Shown in pieces: positions 45,322 through 55,263 of a stretch of 64,000 nucleotides of DNA. Each line of letters opens with the position of its first letter. Positions within the stretch are counted from its first letter, which is position 1. Below the pieces are notes generated by a model. The model worked only from the letters and a program-made list of their open reading frames with translations. It was not told the DNA's origin and made no database searches. Position numbers and translations under genes: made by a program. The stretch lies in the IMG/VR virus record IMGVR_UViG_2706796186_000001, positions 32,001-96,000 of that record. The stretch is one strand, 5' to 3'. This DNA comes from a virus. Lineage: Duplodnaviria; Caudoviricetes.

Positions 45322-46890
45322 ATGGCAATTTCATCCAGTGCAGTCGTGAAAATCATCGAAAGTCGTTTAGCGGCTGGCAATGACACGACGCTTACTGCCA
45401 TCAATCAGACCATCAGCGAACGTGGTATCAGTGCGCAAGATGCACTGGACATCGCTATCCAGATTGGTGACATACTCCTGGGTAAGGGCGTTGCTCAAGA
45501 CAAGATTGTAGAGAACATTATTTCTGCGTACAAAGCCGCTGCGTATCAGCTGTTGCAGAAAGCCGGTATCGCGTTCCAGAGTGACCCTGGCCTACATGAA
45601 CGTCTGAACAAGTTCTTCCAAGAGGTGCGGGCCATGATCAAAGCCGCTGCCCAAAGTTCCACTGGAACCTTAGGCGGGTTGGTCGGTACCGCAATTCCGG
45701 GTGCAAGTTTGTCTGTTGCTCCAAGTGCGCCAGTGACGTCTTCCCCAATCGGTGATTTGGGTGGGATTCAAGTTGGTGATGGTATCCCCGTAACTCCGGC
45801 AGCTACCAGTCCGGGTCTTAGTGCAGTTAGTGCCACGCCGCTTGAGGCGTTTGCAGAAACTCCCGCAGCCGCCAAAGCCGCTGCACCACAACAACCCGCG
45901 CCAAAGGTGAATCCCGTGTTAAACGCTCCGGTTAAACAGATTATCGAGGTAGAAGATTTGGAAACGTACGCAGAACATGAACTGTCAACGCCACGTACAC
46001 GCGTGTCGGTCAGTGCGAAAGATGCCAATGAGAAAGTCAACGAGTTCCTGACCACCGGTAACTGGGTTGAACCACTGGCTGATCTCTTGGCTGGGAAAAC
46101 CAATGCGGTGTATTACGCGGGCGCAGATATTCTGGTGCGTGCTAACCGTGTCACTCGCCGTTATCTGGTTAACCCGACGAAAGATGCCGAGTTCGAAACG
46201 CGTATTGCGGAGTTCACTTCGCAGCACGAATCTCAGCTGGCGCGTCTGGATGATCTCTATGGAATGGATGACCCTGAGAAAATCATCAATGCGGTAACCT
46301 CGGTTGTGCAGAAGATGAAAGAGAACTTCGTCTCCTTCTACACCGACATGCTGCGCGAAGGTGCGGCCTCTGAAATCGTGGCCTCCGAAGTAGCTCGCTT
46401 CACCAACGTTGCACTGGGTACCATGTCCATTGCGGTACACAACGCACTGAGCCTCGGCACCAACCGTTGCCAGAGCATTCCAACCAATCCGAAGATTGAG
46501 CTGGAACGTAACATGGATGACCTGGAGTTCTTCTCTGACATCCTGTACCAGAAAACCGTTGGCGATAATGGCTACACCACGGAGCCGGATTTCTTCCGTG
46601 AGCTGTTCATGATGGTGGCCTCTTCCCTGCGTAAAGTTAATGTGCGCTACAGTTCTGGTGAACTGATCGTACGTCACGAAATCGCAGAGATTGTGATTCC
46701 GGGTAACTACCCAACCCTGAAACGCAATAACGTGGTGGGCAAACATTCTCTGGGTGCAACGCATGACCCGGTGACCACCATCTTCGAAGAGTTCGTCCGT
46801 AACAAGCCAGAAGTGAACGTCATGCTGAAAGCCGATGAAAGTTATCTGCTGCTGAGCACTGGCGAAAACACTGCGCCGATTTATTACTAA
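45322..46890 (+). CDS. Hypothetical two-domain protein with Ala/Pro/Ser-rich linker
   Basis: 522 aa, TAAGGAG SD. Confidence 0.75.
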   Translation: MAISSSAVVKIIESRLAAGNDTTLTAINQTISERGISAQDALDIAIQIGDILLGKGVAQDKIVENIISAYKAAAYQLLQKAGIAFQSDPGLHERLNKFFQEVRAMIKAAAQSSTGTLGGLVGTAIPGASLSVAPSAPVTSSPIGDLGGIQVGDGIPVTPAATSPGLSAVSATPLEAFAETPAAAKAAAPQQPAPKVNPVLNAPVKQIIEVEDLETYAEHELSTPRTRVSVSAKDANEKVNEFLTTGNWVEPLADLLAGKTNAVYYAGADILVRANRVTRRYLVNPTKDAEFETRIAEFTSQHESQLARLDDLYGMDDPEKIINAVTSVVQKMKENFVSFYTDMLREGAASEIVASEVARFTNVALGTMSIAVHNALSLGTNRCQSIPTNPKIELERNMDDLEFFSDILYQKTVGDNGYTTEPDFFRELFMMVASSLRKVNVRYSSGELIVRHEIAEIVIPGNYPTLKRNNVVGKHSLGATHDPVTTIFEEFVRNKPEVNVMLKADESYLLLSTGENTAPIYY

Positions 46891-46900
46891 GTGAATCAAA

Positions 46901-46935
46901 CAGGTGACCTTCGGGTCACCTTGTTTTATTTTTTT
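46901..46935 (+). terminator. Intrinsic terminator
   Basis: AGGTGACC-TTCG-GGTCACCT plus T-run. Confidence 0.85.
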
Positions 46936-46950
46936 AATCAGGAGAAAAAG

Positions 46951-47217
46951 ATGTTAACTGTCGATATTCTGAATCACGAAGGTAAGAAACTGTTTGACTT
47001 CGATCTGTCGGTGACGGGCGGAAAGGTATTGGAATTCGCCAAAGCCTGTGATCGCAACGAAACAACGGTCATCAAGAACAAACGCAGCGTGCGTTATTCG
47101 ATGGTGAAAAAAGAACTGGATGCGTGTTTACGGGGAACTTTAATTGCGCACCACTTAGCCCACCTCAACTCTCTCGACCCCCATTTTACCTTCATTACTC
47201 ACGATTATTATAGATAA
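46951..47217 (+). CDS. Small hypothetical protein (likely paralog of next)
   Basis: AGGAG SD before ATG 46951. Confidence 0.7.
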   Translation: MLTVDILNHEGKKLFDFDLSVTGGKVLEFAKACDRNETTVIKNKRSVRYSMVKKELDACLRGTLIAHHLAHLNSLDPHFTFITHDYYR

Positions 47218-47240
47218 CGTGATACACGCTGAGGTGTAAG

Positions 47241-47546
47241 ATGGTCAAGTTGCTTGTAATCGAGTTAAATCAGTACCGGGATGTGTTGCATCGGTTCGAG
47301 CTGCCTGACAATGTAGCGACTACCGCGTTCTTGGAACGCTTCCGTGGAACCAGAACAGCCGTCTACAGTGGTCGTCGCTGGACAGTCTATTATAACGTGC
47401 GTGGTGCACTCACAGACGCGTTAACCGCAGGGAAGGTAAAGGAGACCACCGCATTTTTAAAAGCCTACGAGAAAGACCCGCTGGCGATTGGTATCATGCT
47501 GGCCGAGAAAGAACAGATCGGTCGTCCTGCCCAACCGGACGAATAA
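47241..47546 (+). CDS. Small hypothetical protein (likely paralog of previous)
   Basis: GAGGTG SD. Confidence 0.7.
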   Translation: MVKLLVIELNQYRDVLHRFELPDNVATTAFLERFRGTRTAVYSGRRWTVYYNVRGALTDALTAGKVKETTAFLKAYEKDPLAIGIMLAEKEQIGRPAQPDE

Positions 47547-47600
47547 AAAAGAGCAAACTCCTACCCGTAAAGGTAGGAGTTGTGCTGCTTATTTTTTTTG
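47546..47600. terminator. Bidirectional terminator
   Basis: AACTCCTACC-CGTAAA-GGTAGGAGTT with A- and T-tracts between convergent genes. Confidence 0.8.
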
Positions 47601-47604
47601 CTAT

Positions 47605-50343
47605 TTAGACGGTTTCATCTTCCGGATTAATATCCAGAGGATCGCTACCATCACCAGCATCGCCATTATCCCCAGCGTTGTTTCCATCGTCAGGGTTAAG
47701 AGCGTCATCTGGATTATCGTCTGGATTGTCATCAGGGTTGTCGTCCGGGTTATCGAGAGGATTATCGTCCAGCGGGTTGTCGTCCGGGTTGTCATCTAAA
47801 GGATTGTCATCCAATGGATTATCACCACCACCCCCACCAAAGTTATCATCCCCGCCACCTTCTCCACCCATATCGCGCTGCTTAGCCAACGTCTCAATCT
47901 TACCAGACGTTGTTTTACCGAGCTGCATGATAGTGTTGGAAGCTTCACGGATTTCATCACTGATCATCTTCACGGTCTCAGCACGTTTCTCTTTATCGTA
48001 AATCAGGTCGAAGAATTCATTCTCGATACCCTGTTTACGCAGCCACGTACGGACATAGAAGTTCTTCACCATCGTCTTAATGGTGTTGGCATCCAGCGAG
48101 ATACCCGCATCCTGCATCATCGTGGTGATATCATCCGTCACTACCAAGTCTGCCAGCTTCTCAATGAACTCTGTACGTTTGTCGAACAGTTCCATTTGTG
48201 AAGAGGCCGCAGACGTATCCGGCGGTGGCAGCGTGACTTTAATACCGTTGATAAACTGACGCATGTACATAGAGGCTTTCGCCACGTACTGATCTTCAGA
48301 TGTATCCGGCTCTTTGTCTTTGATGTACTCCACACAGGCTTTCAGCAGTTCTGCTTGCAGGCTTGGTGAAGACAGCGTGGACGTCACGACATAGCGGGTC
48401 AACGGTTTTTGCAGAATCTCTTGCTTCTTCATGATCTTTTGGGTGACCAGCAGGGACTTGGAGAAGATTTGAGATGCAAACTCGATGTTGTCCGGCGTCA
48501 GTACCAAGTCCGGGTCAACGTCCGCGATGTGGCAGGTACGACGCAGTAACTGCTCGTCGAGTTCCTTATCGGGCGCTTTGTAGTCCGGTGTGGTGTCCGA
48601 CACAGACACTTTACTGCTTGGGTAGTAATCGTTCCCCTCAACGTTGAACGCAATCCCCGAGTTGGTTGCCATTGACCAGATGTCATCCATATTCCCCCAC
48701 ATCGGCTGGCGACGGTTGAAGGAGTTCAGGATATCGGACTTCATACGGGCAACAGTTTCTTCCCCGTTCATGGCATCCGGTGACAACTGAATGTCGTACT
48801 GCATGTGGCGCGCAGAGTTCAGGATAGAGGTGTTCATGGTGGCGAACAGCAGTGCCATACGCACAGACGAGATAATGAAAGAACGTTCAGTGATGGACAC
48901 ACCAAAACCGTCTTCATCAAAGTCAGTAGCAAAGTAGCACAGGTTCTCAGCCGGAATGTAGACCACCTGCGTGTGACGTTTTGCTAAGTGGCGAGTCAGC
49001 ATGATACGGCCAAAGGTTTCTGACACATTCATGTCCAGCTCAGCACCGCCCAACGCATCACCCAGCGCAACCGCTAACTGGTTCTCAGCAATCTCACCGA
49101 AACGGCTAATCAGACGGTTAGCAATCTCAGGCGTGACCTTCGCGTTACCTTCACCCATCCCGATGGCGGAACGGTTAATGATGGAGTCGACCATCCCGTC
49201 ATTATTCAGGTAGTTCATGAAGTTCGCATCGCCGTACAGAGACGAGCGTGCGTTAATGAAGTTACCCAACTCATCGACGATTGCCAGATAACCGATCGGG
49301 TTCATCACGTCATCGCCCAGTACCAACGGCATGGTGGATTCAGCAGGCAGAACACGCTCGGTGTATTCAACGTGGTTTACGTCGTCCATCATCGGCTTCT
49401 GCATCTCGCCGTACATCATGGTCTGTGGCGTGGTGCGATACGTTTCGTTCAGGTCGGCGATGTTGATGCCGTCGTATTTGCGGTCTTGGCTCTCTTTGAA
49501 GGCATCCGCTTCAAATGTTCCAGCCCCGGTAGGCGTTTGAGGCTTTTCATATGCAGTCTGTTCCAACTGCCCGTAGAAGGACGCCGAGGCGTTCTCGCGT
49601 GCAACACGACGGACGGTTTCCGGCATCAAGAAAATGTTGGGGTTGTCGGTCAGCGTCAGTTTGATAGAAGCCATGTCACCGACTTTCTTCGAATCAAACA
49701 GCGAGTCCAGTTTAATCTCGATGGTCTGCGGACCGTCAGGACGCGTACGCCCATTCAGTATGCTTTCAATCCCAACCTTACGCTCATCCGGCTTAGAAAT
49801 CTTACCGAGGATACCACGCTGCTGATTAAAGAAATCAATGCGCTGGTTCTTGACAGATTCCTGTGCGACCTTCGTGTCCAACCCAAACAGTTTATCAAAC
49901 CCTGAGTCGGAGAGCAGAAGTACCGGCGTTGCACCTTTGAATTTAAGGGCATCGTAAATCCACTTGTACAGCTTAGTCGGCAGCTGACGTTTGTTGTCGT
50001 GGAACTCACGTTCGATGCGTACCATCTCCTGACGCAGGTCAAGAGGCATCTCGGCTACGCAATCGTAAATAAGACTGGTGTTCACCAAGTCTTTCGACGA
50101 CAACAGAGAAGAGGTGGCGATAGTGACAATCGTTTCGAGTTCAGGCAATGCCTGATAGATACGCTGTGCGTTCTTCGCTGTACGAATACGCGAACTGGCG
50201 ATACCTGTCAGTTCTGAGCGAGTTGGTGTGGTGCCTCCCTCCTCGCGCTTACCGCGCTCTTGCGAACCGCTTGGGCCGGTTGCCTTGCGCAGGATGGCGC
50301 TAACTGCTGGGTCGCGCGCCTGTAACTTACTAATATCGTCCAT
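47605..50343 (-). CDS. Portal protein (phiKZ gp129 / SPN3US gp81-like)
   Basis: 912 aa; VYIPAENLCYFA..FDEDGFGVSI segment, AQE-162 candidate cleavage site, acidic C-terminal tail; divergent pair with a ~730-aa structural gene as in phiKZ-like phages. Confidence 0.7.
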   Translation of the reverse strand: MDDISKLQARDPAVSAILRKATGPSGSQERGKREEGGTTPTRSELTGIASSRIRTAKNAQRIYQALPELETIVTIATSSLLSSKDLVNTSLIYDCVAEMPLDLRQEMVRIEREFHDNKRQLPTKLYKWIYDALKFKGATPVLLLSDSGFDKLFGLDTKVAQESVKNQRIDFFNQQRGILGKISKPDERKVGIESILNGRTRPDGPQTIEIKLDSLFDSKKVGDMASIKLTLTDNPNIFLMPETVRRVARENASASFYGQLEQTAYEKPQTPTGAGTFEADAFKESQDRKYDGINIADLNETYRTTPQTMMYGEMQKPMMDDVNHVEYTERVLPAESTMPLVLGDDVMNPIGYLAIVDELGNFINARSSLYGDANFMNYLNNDGMVDSIINRSAIGMGEGNAKVTPEIANRLISRFGEIAENQLAVALGDALGGAELDMNVSETFGRIMLTRHLAKRHTQVVYIPAENLCYFATDFDEDGFGVSITERSFIISSVRMALLFATMNTSILNSARHMQYDIQLSPDAMNGEETVARMKSDILNSFNRRQPMWGNMDDIWSMATNSGIAFNVEGNDYYPSSKVSVSDTTPDYKAPDKELDEQLLRRTCHIADVDPDLVLTPDNIEFASQIFSKSLLVTQKIMKKQEILQKPLTRYVVTSTLSSPSLQAELLKACVEYIKDKEPDTSEDQYVAKASMYMRQFINGIKVTLPPPDTSAASSQMELFDKRTEFIEKLADLVVTDDITTMMQDAGISLDANTIKTMVKNFYVRTWLRKQGIENEFFDLIYDKEKRAETVKMISDEIREASNTIMQLGKTTSGKIETLAKQRDMGGEGGGDDNFGGGGGDNPLDDNPLDDNPDDNPLDDNPLDNPDDNPDDNPDDNPDDALNPDDGNNAGDNGDAGDGSDPLDINPEDETV
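47690..47825 (-). repeat. DDNP(L) coding tandem repeat in portal C-terminus
   Basis: DNPLDDNPLDDNPDDNPLDDNPLDNPDDNPDDNPDDNPDD. Confidence 0.9.
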
Positions 50344-50358
50344 TGGGGTCTCCGGAAA

Positions 50359-52542
50359 ATGCAGAGGTTCAATATCTTTAGAGACCAGTCCATCCAGTTG
50401 GCGATGTCTTTGATTTTTAAATCAGAAGCCATTGCTGAGCAGATGAATCTGGCTATAACCGAGAATGGCGGTTATGTGTCGAATGACCGCACAACGTGGC
50501 GGTACTACCTGCATTTGGCAGGTCGTCGACATGAAATCGACAAACCGATTTTGTTTAAATCGGTCGAAAGCGGCGAGGAAATAGAGCTTACGGTGGCCAA
50601 CTTGGCTATTCATAAGAAAACCTCGAACGTCTATCGTTCCAACACCGAGTATATCGAAAACCTCATCGAGGCGTATCCCGACTACGCGGTCTATATAAAA
50701 GGTGTCTTTTGGCCTGTGAGTTTAGAACGGGCCATCTCCCTAAATGATTGCAGTATCATGTACTACGACTCGAAGTATGTCGAAGCGCAAGAGCAGTCAT
50801 TGATTCACGATTTAGAAGCAAAGATTCGTGCCACGCACGTCCGATATTTTGCCCAAGGATGGCGTGTACACAACGATGCGTTCGTGCTGGCGTTCTACGA
50901 CATGCTCTACCCTATGTTGCCTGCCTTTATCATGCAGTTGCGACATGAGAAGCAATTCACCGTTGAAACACACAGTTACTACGTCACCGAGTTCCTGGCC
51001 TCGCACCAAGAGCTGCACGAGTTTATTCCTTACCTAACTCAAAAACAGATGTTCACGCTATACCGTAACATCCGTTATTGGGAGCGCAACTCCGGCAAGA
51101 AAGAAATCTTCGACTGGATGGTGGAAACCCTCCTCACAGGTTGGAGTATGCCTGCCGTGGCGTACAATGTTGGCCAGTTAATTCACGACCCCACCACCGG
51201 GTTAGATGAAGACTTAACGCCGAAGCCGACAGGGTACCAGCAAGCTCTAAACTATAAAGAGCGTACGTCAGGCCGTGATTTGGATTTGGTTGCAACCGCT
51301 GACCTCATCCAGAAAGAGTTGTCGTTGGCCTCCGAAAACGGTCAACACCAAGTTGAGTACCAGACAGACCTAGACACGCGTCTGGGCCTGACGCAATATC
51401 CTAACCTGTCCACGAAGCTTGTCGAAGTGACCGCCATTGACCCCGAAGCTATTGAGCGTTGGGAGTATATGCACGGCCTCTTTAATGAGTGGTTACACTT
51501 AACGGCCAGTGGAAAGTACAACATTTATCACGACATCCTTAACCCGACCAATGGGGACACGTTGAAGCTCTCGTCTAAAGAGTTGTTCGCGCTGTACCTC
51601 TATGCTGGGTTCAAAGGTTTCTCCAATATTGAGTTGACCACCATCCCTGCGTTCCATGCCATGGACGTCCAGATTAAACGCTGGATTACCCCGGAAGAAA
51701 TGCACAACGCAATCTACCCAGATAGCTGGGTTGGGCGTTACGATGGTATGGTTAACTATTTCGCTGACACACAGTACGAGGTCATTGGGTCGCTGACCAG
51801 CAACGATGAGTTGTTCGATGCAATCTCCACGATGTTAGATAATAAACGTAAGCGCTACAGTTATGTTTATAACCGTCGTAAGATTCCTGACCGTGCAGCG
51901 GGCTTGCAACTGTTTGCTTACATGTATCGGAGCTACCGTTGCGATTTAGAACTGCCGTATACGGACTATGAAGAATTCTTCAGAACGTACGGAATCGACC
52001 ACACATTGATTTCGAACGAGACGTGGCAGGACATTGCAACTGATGCGTTCAATATTGCAACAAACATGGAGAACCGGGCGGTTCTGTCTCAAGGTGAGAT
52101 TCAGCGTGCAATGGTAAGGTTGATGAGTAAGCTCTCATCGTACACCATCCATTTTGCTGCACGTATGGCGTCTGACTCGTACGACATTACCGATCCTATC
52201 ACACCGATTCTTGGGGACATACCGGCTTCCGCACACGCGTCGATGTCGGTTGACCATCCTCATACCGGTGTGCAGGATGTGGCTGTGAAGTCGAAGATGT
52301 CCACCTCAACACCGCTCGCGGTGATGCCCGATATCGTCGCCTTAAAAGCACCCCGTCGTTTGCGATACCAAATGGATATCGCTATGGGTATTCAGGTAAC
52401 GATGCATCAGCATCAGGTGGTTAACATTTCTGAGCCGTTAGTGGGCGTGGACGTTACTGAAAACGTAAAAGACAAAGCCTACTTGAGCGATAAGATTAGG
52501 AAGCGTGCCCTCGATGGCTTTATTAAGGGCGAGTATTTCTAA
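50359..52542 (+). CDS. Virion structural protein (phiKZ gp128-like, probable baseplate)
   Basis: 727 aa; TWRYYLHLAG and LYRNIRYWERNSGK motifs; synteny. Confidence 0.6.
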   Translation: MQRFNIFRDQSIQLAMSLIFKSEAIAEQMNLAITENGGYVSNDRTTWRYYLHLAGRRHEIDKPILFKSVESGEEIELTVANLAIHKKTSNVYRSNTEYIENLIEAYPDYAVYIKGVFWPVSLERAISLNDCSIMYYDSKYVEAQEQSLIHDLEAKIRATHVRYFAQGWRVHNDAFVLAFYDMLYPMLPAFIMQLRHEKQFTVETHSYYVTEFLASHQELHEFIPYLTQKQMFTLYRNIRYWERNSGKKEIFDWMVETLLTGWSMPAVAYNVGQLIHDPTTGLDEDLTPKPTGYQQALNYKERTSGRDLDLVATADLIQKELSLASENGQHQVEYQTDLDTRLGLTQYPNLSTKLVEVTAIDPEAIERWEYMHGLFNEWLHLTASGKYNIYHDILNPTNGDTLKLSSKELFALYLYAGFKGFSNIELTTIPAFHAMDVQIKRWITPEEMHNAIYPDSWVGRYDGMVNYFADTQYEVIGSLTSNDELFDAISTMLDNKRKRYSYVYNRRKIPDRAAGLQLFAYMYRSYRCDLELPYTDYEEFFRTYGIDHTLISNETWQDIATDAFNIATNMENRAVLSQGEIQRAMVRLMSKLSSYTIHFAARMASDSYDITDPITPILGDIPASAHASMSVDHPHTGVQDVAVKSKMSTSTPLAVMPDIVALKAPRRLRYQMDIAMGIQVTMHQHQVVNISEPLVGVDVTENVKDKAYLSDKIRKRALDGFIKGEYF

Positions 52543-52567
52543 TCTATTGACATAAGCGAGAAATTGT

Positions 52568-53092
52568 ATGCCGTATCGTATCGACCTATCGAAACCACCC
52601 CACGAAATACTGGTGAATCGCATCAACTACGTCTGGGGTACTTCTTATAGACCAGACCAGGTTGAATTCAACAGTCGTGGCGCATGGCCGCTGACGAAAG
52701 AAGAACGACGTGCGCGTGGCGTCGAATCTAAAATCGCGGCACGATTTAAAAACGGGGTAATGGGCTTTCAGGAGTTCCACCTTACCCGTGCCGACCTGAC
52801 CGAACTGCTGGAAGGGGTTGTGGTAGAAGTTCCGATGGGTATTACGTGGAGCCACTACCTCGTCCCTTACATCATTGATGAGTTAGGTTTACAGTTGGGG
52901 CCGTACGATTTGGTGATTGAACCGTTAGAAGGGGATTTCACCACGTACGTCGCACGCATCGAACCGCATCATCCTTCATTCAAAGGGACGATTGATATTA
53001 AGTTCGTTGACCCGACCCCACGTAAGTTAACCGACCTCGTCACGAAATACAAACTTGACGGATTCCGCGTAGGAGAATTTTTCGATGGCTAA
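52568..53092 (+). CDS. Probable virion structural protein
   Basis: 174 aa in structural operon; L..LVT...LDGF C-terminal motif. Confidence 0.5.
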   Translation: MPYRIDLSKPPHEILVNRINYVWGTSYRPDQVEFNSRGAWPLTKEERRARGVESKIAARFKNGVMGFQEFHLTRADLTELLEGVVVEVPMGITWSHYLVPYIIDELGLQLGPYDLVIEPLEGDFTTYVARIEPHHPSFKGTIDIKFVDPTPRKLTDLVTKYKLDGFRVGEFFDG

Positions 53093-53969
53093 TACCAAGG
53101 TGTATGACGGTAAGTTGTCCACAGCGACACTTAGCGCCATGCGTTTAGCAAGTGCGTTGATTTGTGGTGCCGATGTAAAGTACCCACAGAACTCAACGCT
53201 CAATGAGTTTTTCAAACTGATGACCGGTAAGCTGCCAGACCCATCGGTACGACCGAGTCTGAAGTATATGTCCATCGGCTTCGCAGGTCACAAATCCATC
53301 AAGGTGAAAACCATTGACAGTTTTGTGCCGATTGCGAAAAGTCCTACTGCGTCGGGGATGTTCAGTCACGTACCGTTTGTGTTGCGTACCCTCGATAACG
53401 ACCTGAGCGATGAACAGCGTAAAGATTATGCGTTCCGTACTCAAGTCAATGTTGAAGGCCGTAACTACTGGGCGTATTACCTGAAGCGTCTGGATATGCG
53501 TTCTGTTCAGACGACCGACCTCGAAACAATCCGCGAAAACGGCGTGCCGAAGACGGAAGACTTCGTCTACAAAGACAGCGACCTGAACCCGATCCCTAAA
53601 GACCTGCCAGATTATGACTACGACGATGACAGCACCGTCGAAATCCCGGACGGTCGTTATGTTCAGTCGGGCTGCGACATCGTTATCAACTGGACGGAGT
53701 TCGACATTCAGGAATACCTGAACGTGGCGGCCATCATGTTGGGTGACGCTGGTTCTGCTATCGTGTCTGAAATCGCGCTGTGCTCTGGTGTGGACTTCAC
53801 CACCGGTGGTCAATCTGCAACTGGTTCGCCGTTCTCGTACGAAGAAGCCATCGGGGTACAGGTTCTGTATCACATCAGCCTCTTTACTAACCTTGCACAA
53901 ACCAACGACCAGCTGGGTCTGACGATTCGTGTGGGTCAGCCTGCGCCGTTCTATCTGGGACAAGCGTAA
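53085..53969 (+). CDS. Probable virion structural protein
   Basis: 294 aa; HVPFVLRTLDNDL, YWAYYLKRL, IVSEIALCSGVD motifs typical of phiKZ-like structural proteins. Confidence 0.55.
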   Translation: MANTKVYDGKLSTATLSAMRLASALICGADVKYPQNSTLNEFFKLMTGKLPDPSVRPSLKYMSIGFAGHKSIKVKTIDSFVPIAKSPTASGMFSHVPFVLRTLDNDLSDEQRKDYAFRTQVNVEGRNYWAYYLKRLDMRSVQTTDLETIRENGVPKTEDFVYKDSDLNPIPKDLPDYDYDDDSTVEIPDGRYVQSGCDIVINWTEFDIQEYLNVAAIMLGDAGSAIVSEIALCSGVDFTTGGQSATGSPFSYEEAIGVQVLYHISLFTNLAQTNDQLGLTIRVGQPAPFYLGQA

Positions 53970-54619
53970 TGTTGATACCTGAACCGCGTCTCCCGGACAA
54001 CATGGTGCGGATTGTGGGTGTCGACCCCGGCACCTCACATCTCGGGTTAGCGGTTCTGGATTGGGAATACGGCACAGAGCAGGCCGAAGTGGTGTGGGCA
54101 GAAACTCTACACGTCAAAGACCCGACACACGACTCCTCTTTTGGAGAGACGGTGGGGCGGCGTGATGCTCGCATGATACAACTCGAAGCCTTATTCGAGG
54201 AATTCCTTCGGTTAGCTCGGCCGACCTTCCTTGCAACAGAAACCCCGTTCATGAAACGGGGTAAGCTTTCCGCCTATGAGTCCGGTGTTGAATTGCAATT
54301 GATGTTGCGCCGTTCCTTGTGGCGCGTCTTTCCGACGAAAGTCATTCACGGTTATCACCCCATTATTGTGAAATCTTATGTTGGTGTTGATGCGAGAGGC
54401 ACTGATAAGGAAGACATGAAACGCGCAGTCCAAAAACTGTACGCGAACCACACCCATGTCGACCTCAGTACCTTGGACGAACACAGTAACGATGCCGTCG
54501 CTGTGTGCAACATCTTCGTGAGGCTTTCACTGCTCAACTTAAACAGTCTCCTGCCGCCCAAAGAGAAGAAACCGAAAGGCTCCTTTTCCAAACGTCGGCG
54601 TAAACGGAAAAGGGGTTAA
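53969..54619 (+). CDS. ruvC: RuvC-like Holliday junction resolvase
   Basis: IVGVDPGTSHLGLAV, ATETPF, VKSYVG..KEDM, DEHSNDAVAV. Confidence 0.92.
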   Translation: MLIPEPRLPDNMVRIVGVDPGTSHLGLAVLDWEYGTEQAEVVWAETLHVKDPTHDSSFGETVGRRDARMIQLEALFEEFLRLARPTFLATETPFMKRGKLSAYESGVELQLMLRRSLWRVFPTKVIHGYHPIIVKSYVGVDARGTDKEDMKRAVQKLYANHTHVDLSTLDEHSNDAVAVCNIFVRLSLLNLNSLLPPKEKKPKGSFSKRRRKRKRG

Positions 54620-54621
54620 CC

Positions 54622-55176
54622 ATGTCACTGTCTCAACAGGATGCTACCGCACAAGCGTTAGATGTCCTTATTCAAGCGGGCACCAACAAGCTCAGCATTG
54701 AAGAGGCCAGTAAAGTGAAAGACGCGGCTGCTGCTCTTGGGCATGCGGATATCATCGATGTCACCAAGCCTGCCAGCGTCATACTGTCTGTTCTGCGCCC
54801 GATGTTAATCGCGCAGATTGGCCAGTTGGCAGACAACCTCGAACAGCGCGCAGTCGGTGCTGTAGAGGGGCTGGATGCAAAGTATGGCAAAGAAACCATG
54901 ATGACCTTGTGGCCGAACTTTGGTCGCGGGGTGAAGTTCATCGTGATGCTGTTAGCGTTGGCGACCGTTGCCGTTGCGGGGTACCTTGCGTACTACACCA
55001 TGCACACGCCAGAAATGGACTCCATGGATGTGGCTATCGTGGGACTTACCCCACTGTTTGGACTGGCGGTGTTCTGCACTTGGCCAATCAAAACACTGGC
55101 GTACAGTTCGATGGCGATTGCAGCCAAAGTCGTTGAGGCGAAACTCCAGAAAAAAGCGACCGCAACCAAGTCGTAA
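54622..55176 (+). CDS. Membrane protein, two predicted TM helices
   Basis: FIVMLLALATVAVAGYLAYY and VAIVGLTPLFGLAVFCTW; basic C-terminus. Confidence 0.7.
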   Translation: MSLSQQDATAQALDVLIQAGTNKLSIEEASKVKDAAAALGHADIIDVTKPASVILSVLRPMLIAQIGQLADNLEQRAVGAVEGLDAKYGKETMMTLWPNFGRGVKFIVMLLALATVAVAGYLAYYTMHTPEMDSMDVAIVGLTPLFGLAVFCTWPIKTLAYSSMAIAAKVVEAKLQKKATATKS

Positions 55177-55179
55177 GTC

Positions 55180-55213
55180 TCTCGCCCTTCGGGGCGAGAT
55201 CTTTTCTTTTTTT
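55180..55213 (+). terminator. Intrinsic terminator
   Basis: TCTCGCCC-TTCG-GGGCGAGA plus T-run. Confidence 0.85.
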
Positions 55214-55263
55214 GTCTTAATACGCGAGTTGTAATTTATGTGAAAACGATTAGGGGGATAACC

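Noticed and set aside
12101-47600. Recurrent CCTACTCC-type hairpins as a CRISPR array or mobile repeat
   Set aside because: They are dispersed singly at gene ends with T-tracts, not regularly spaced; they are terminators
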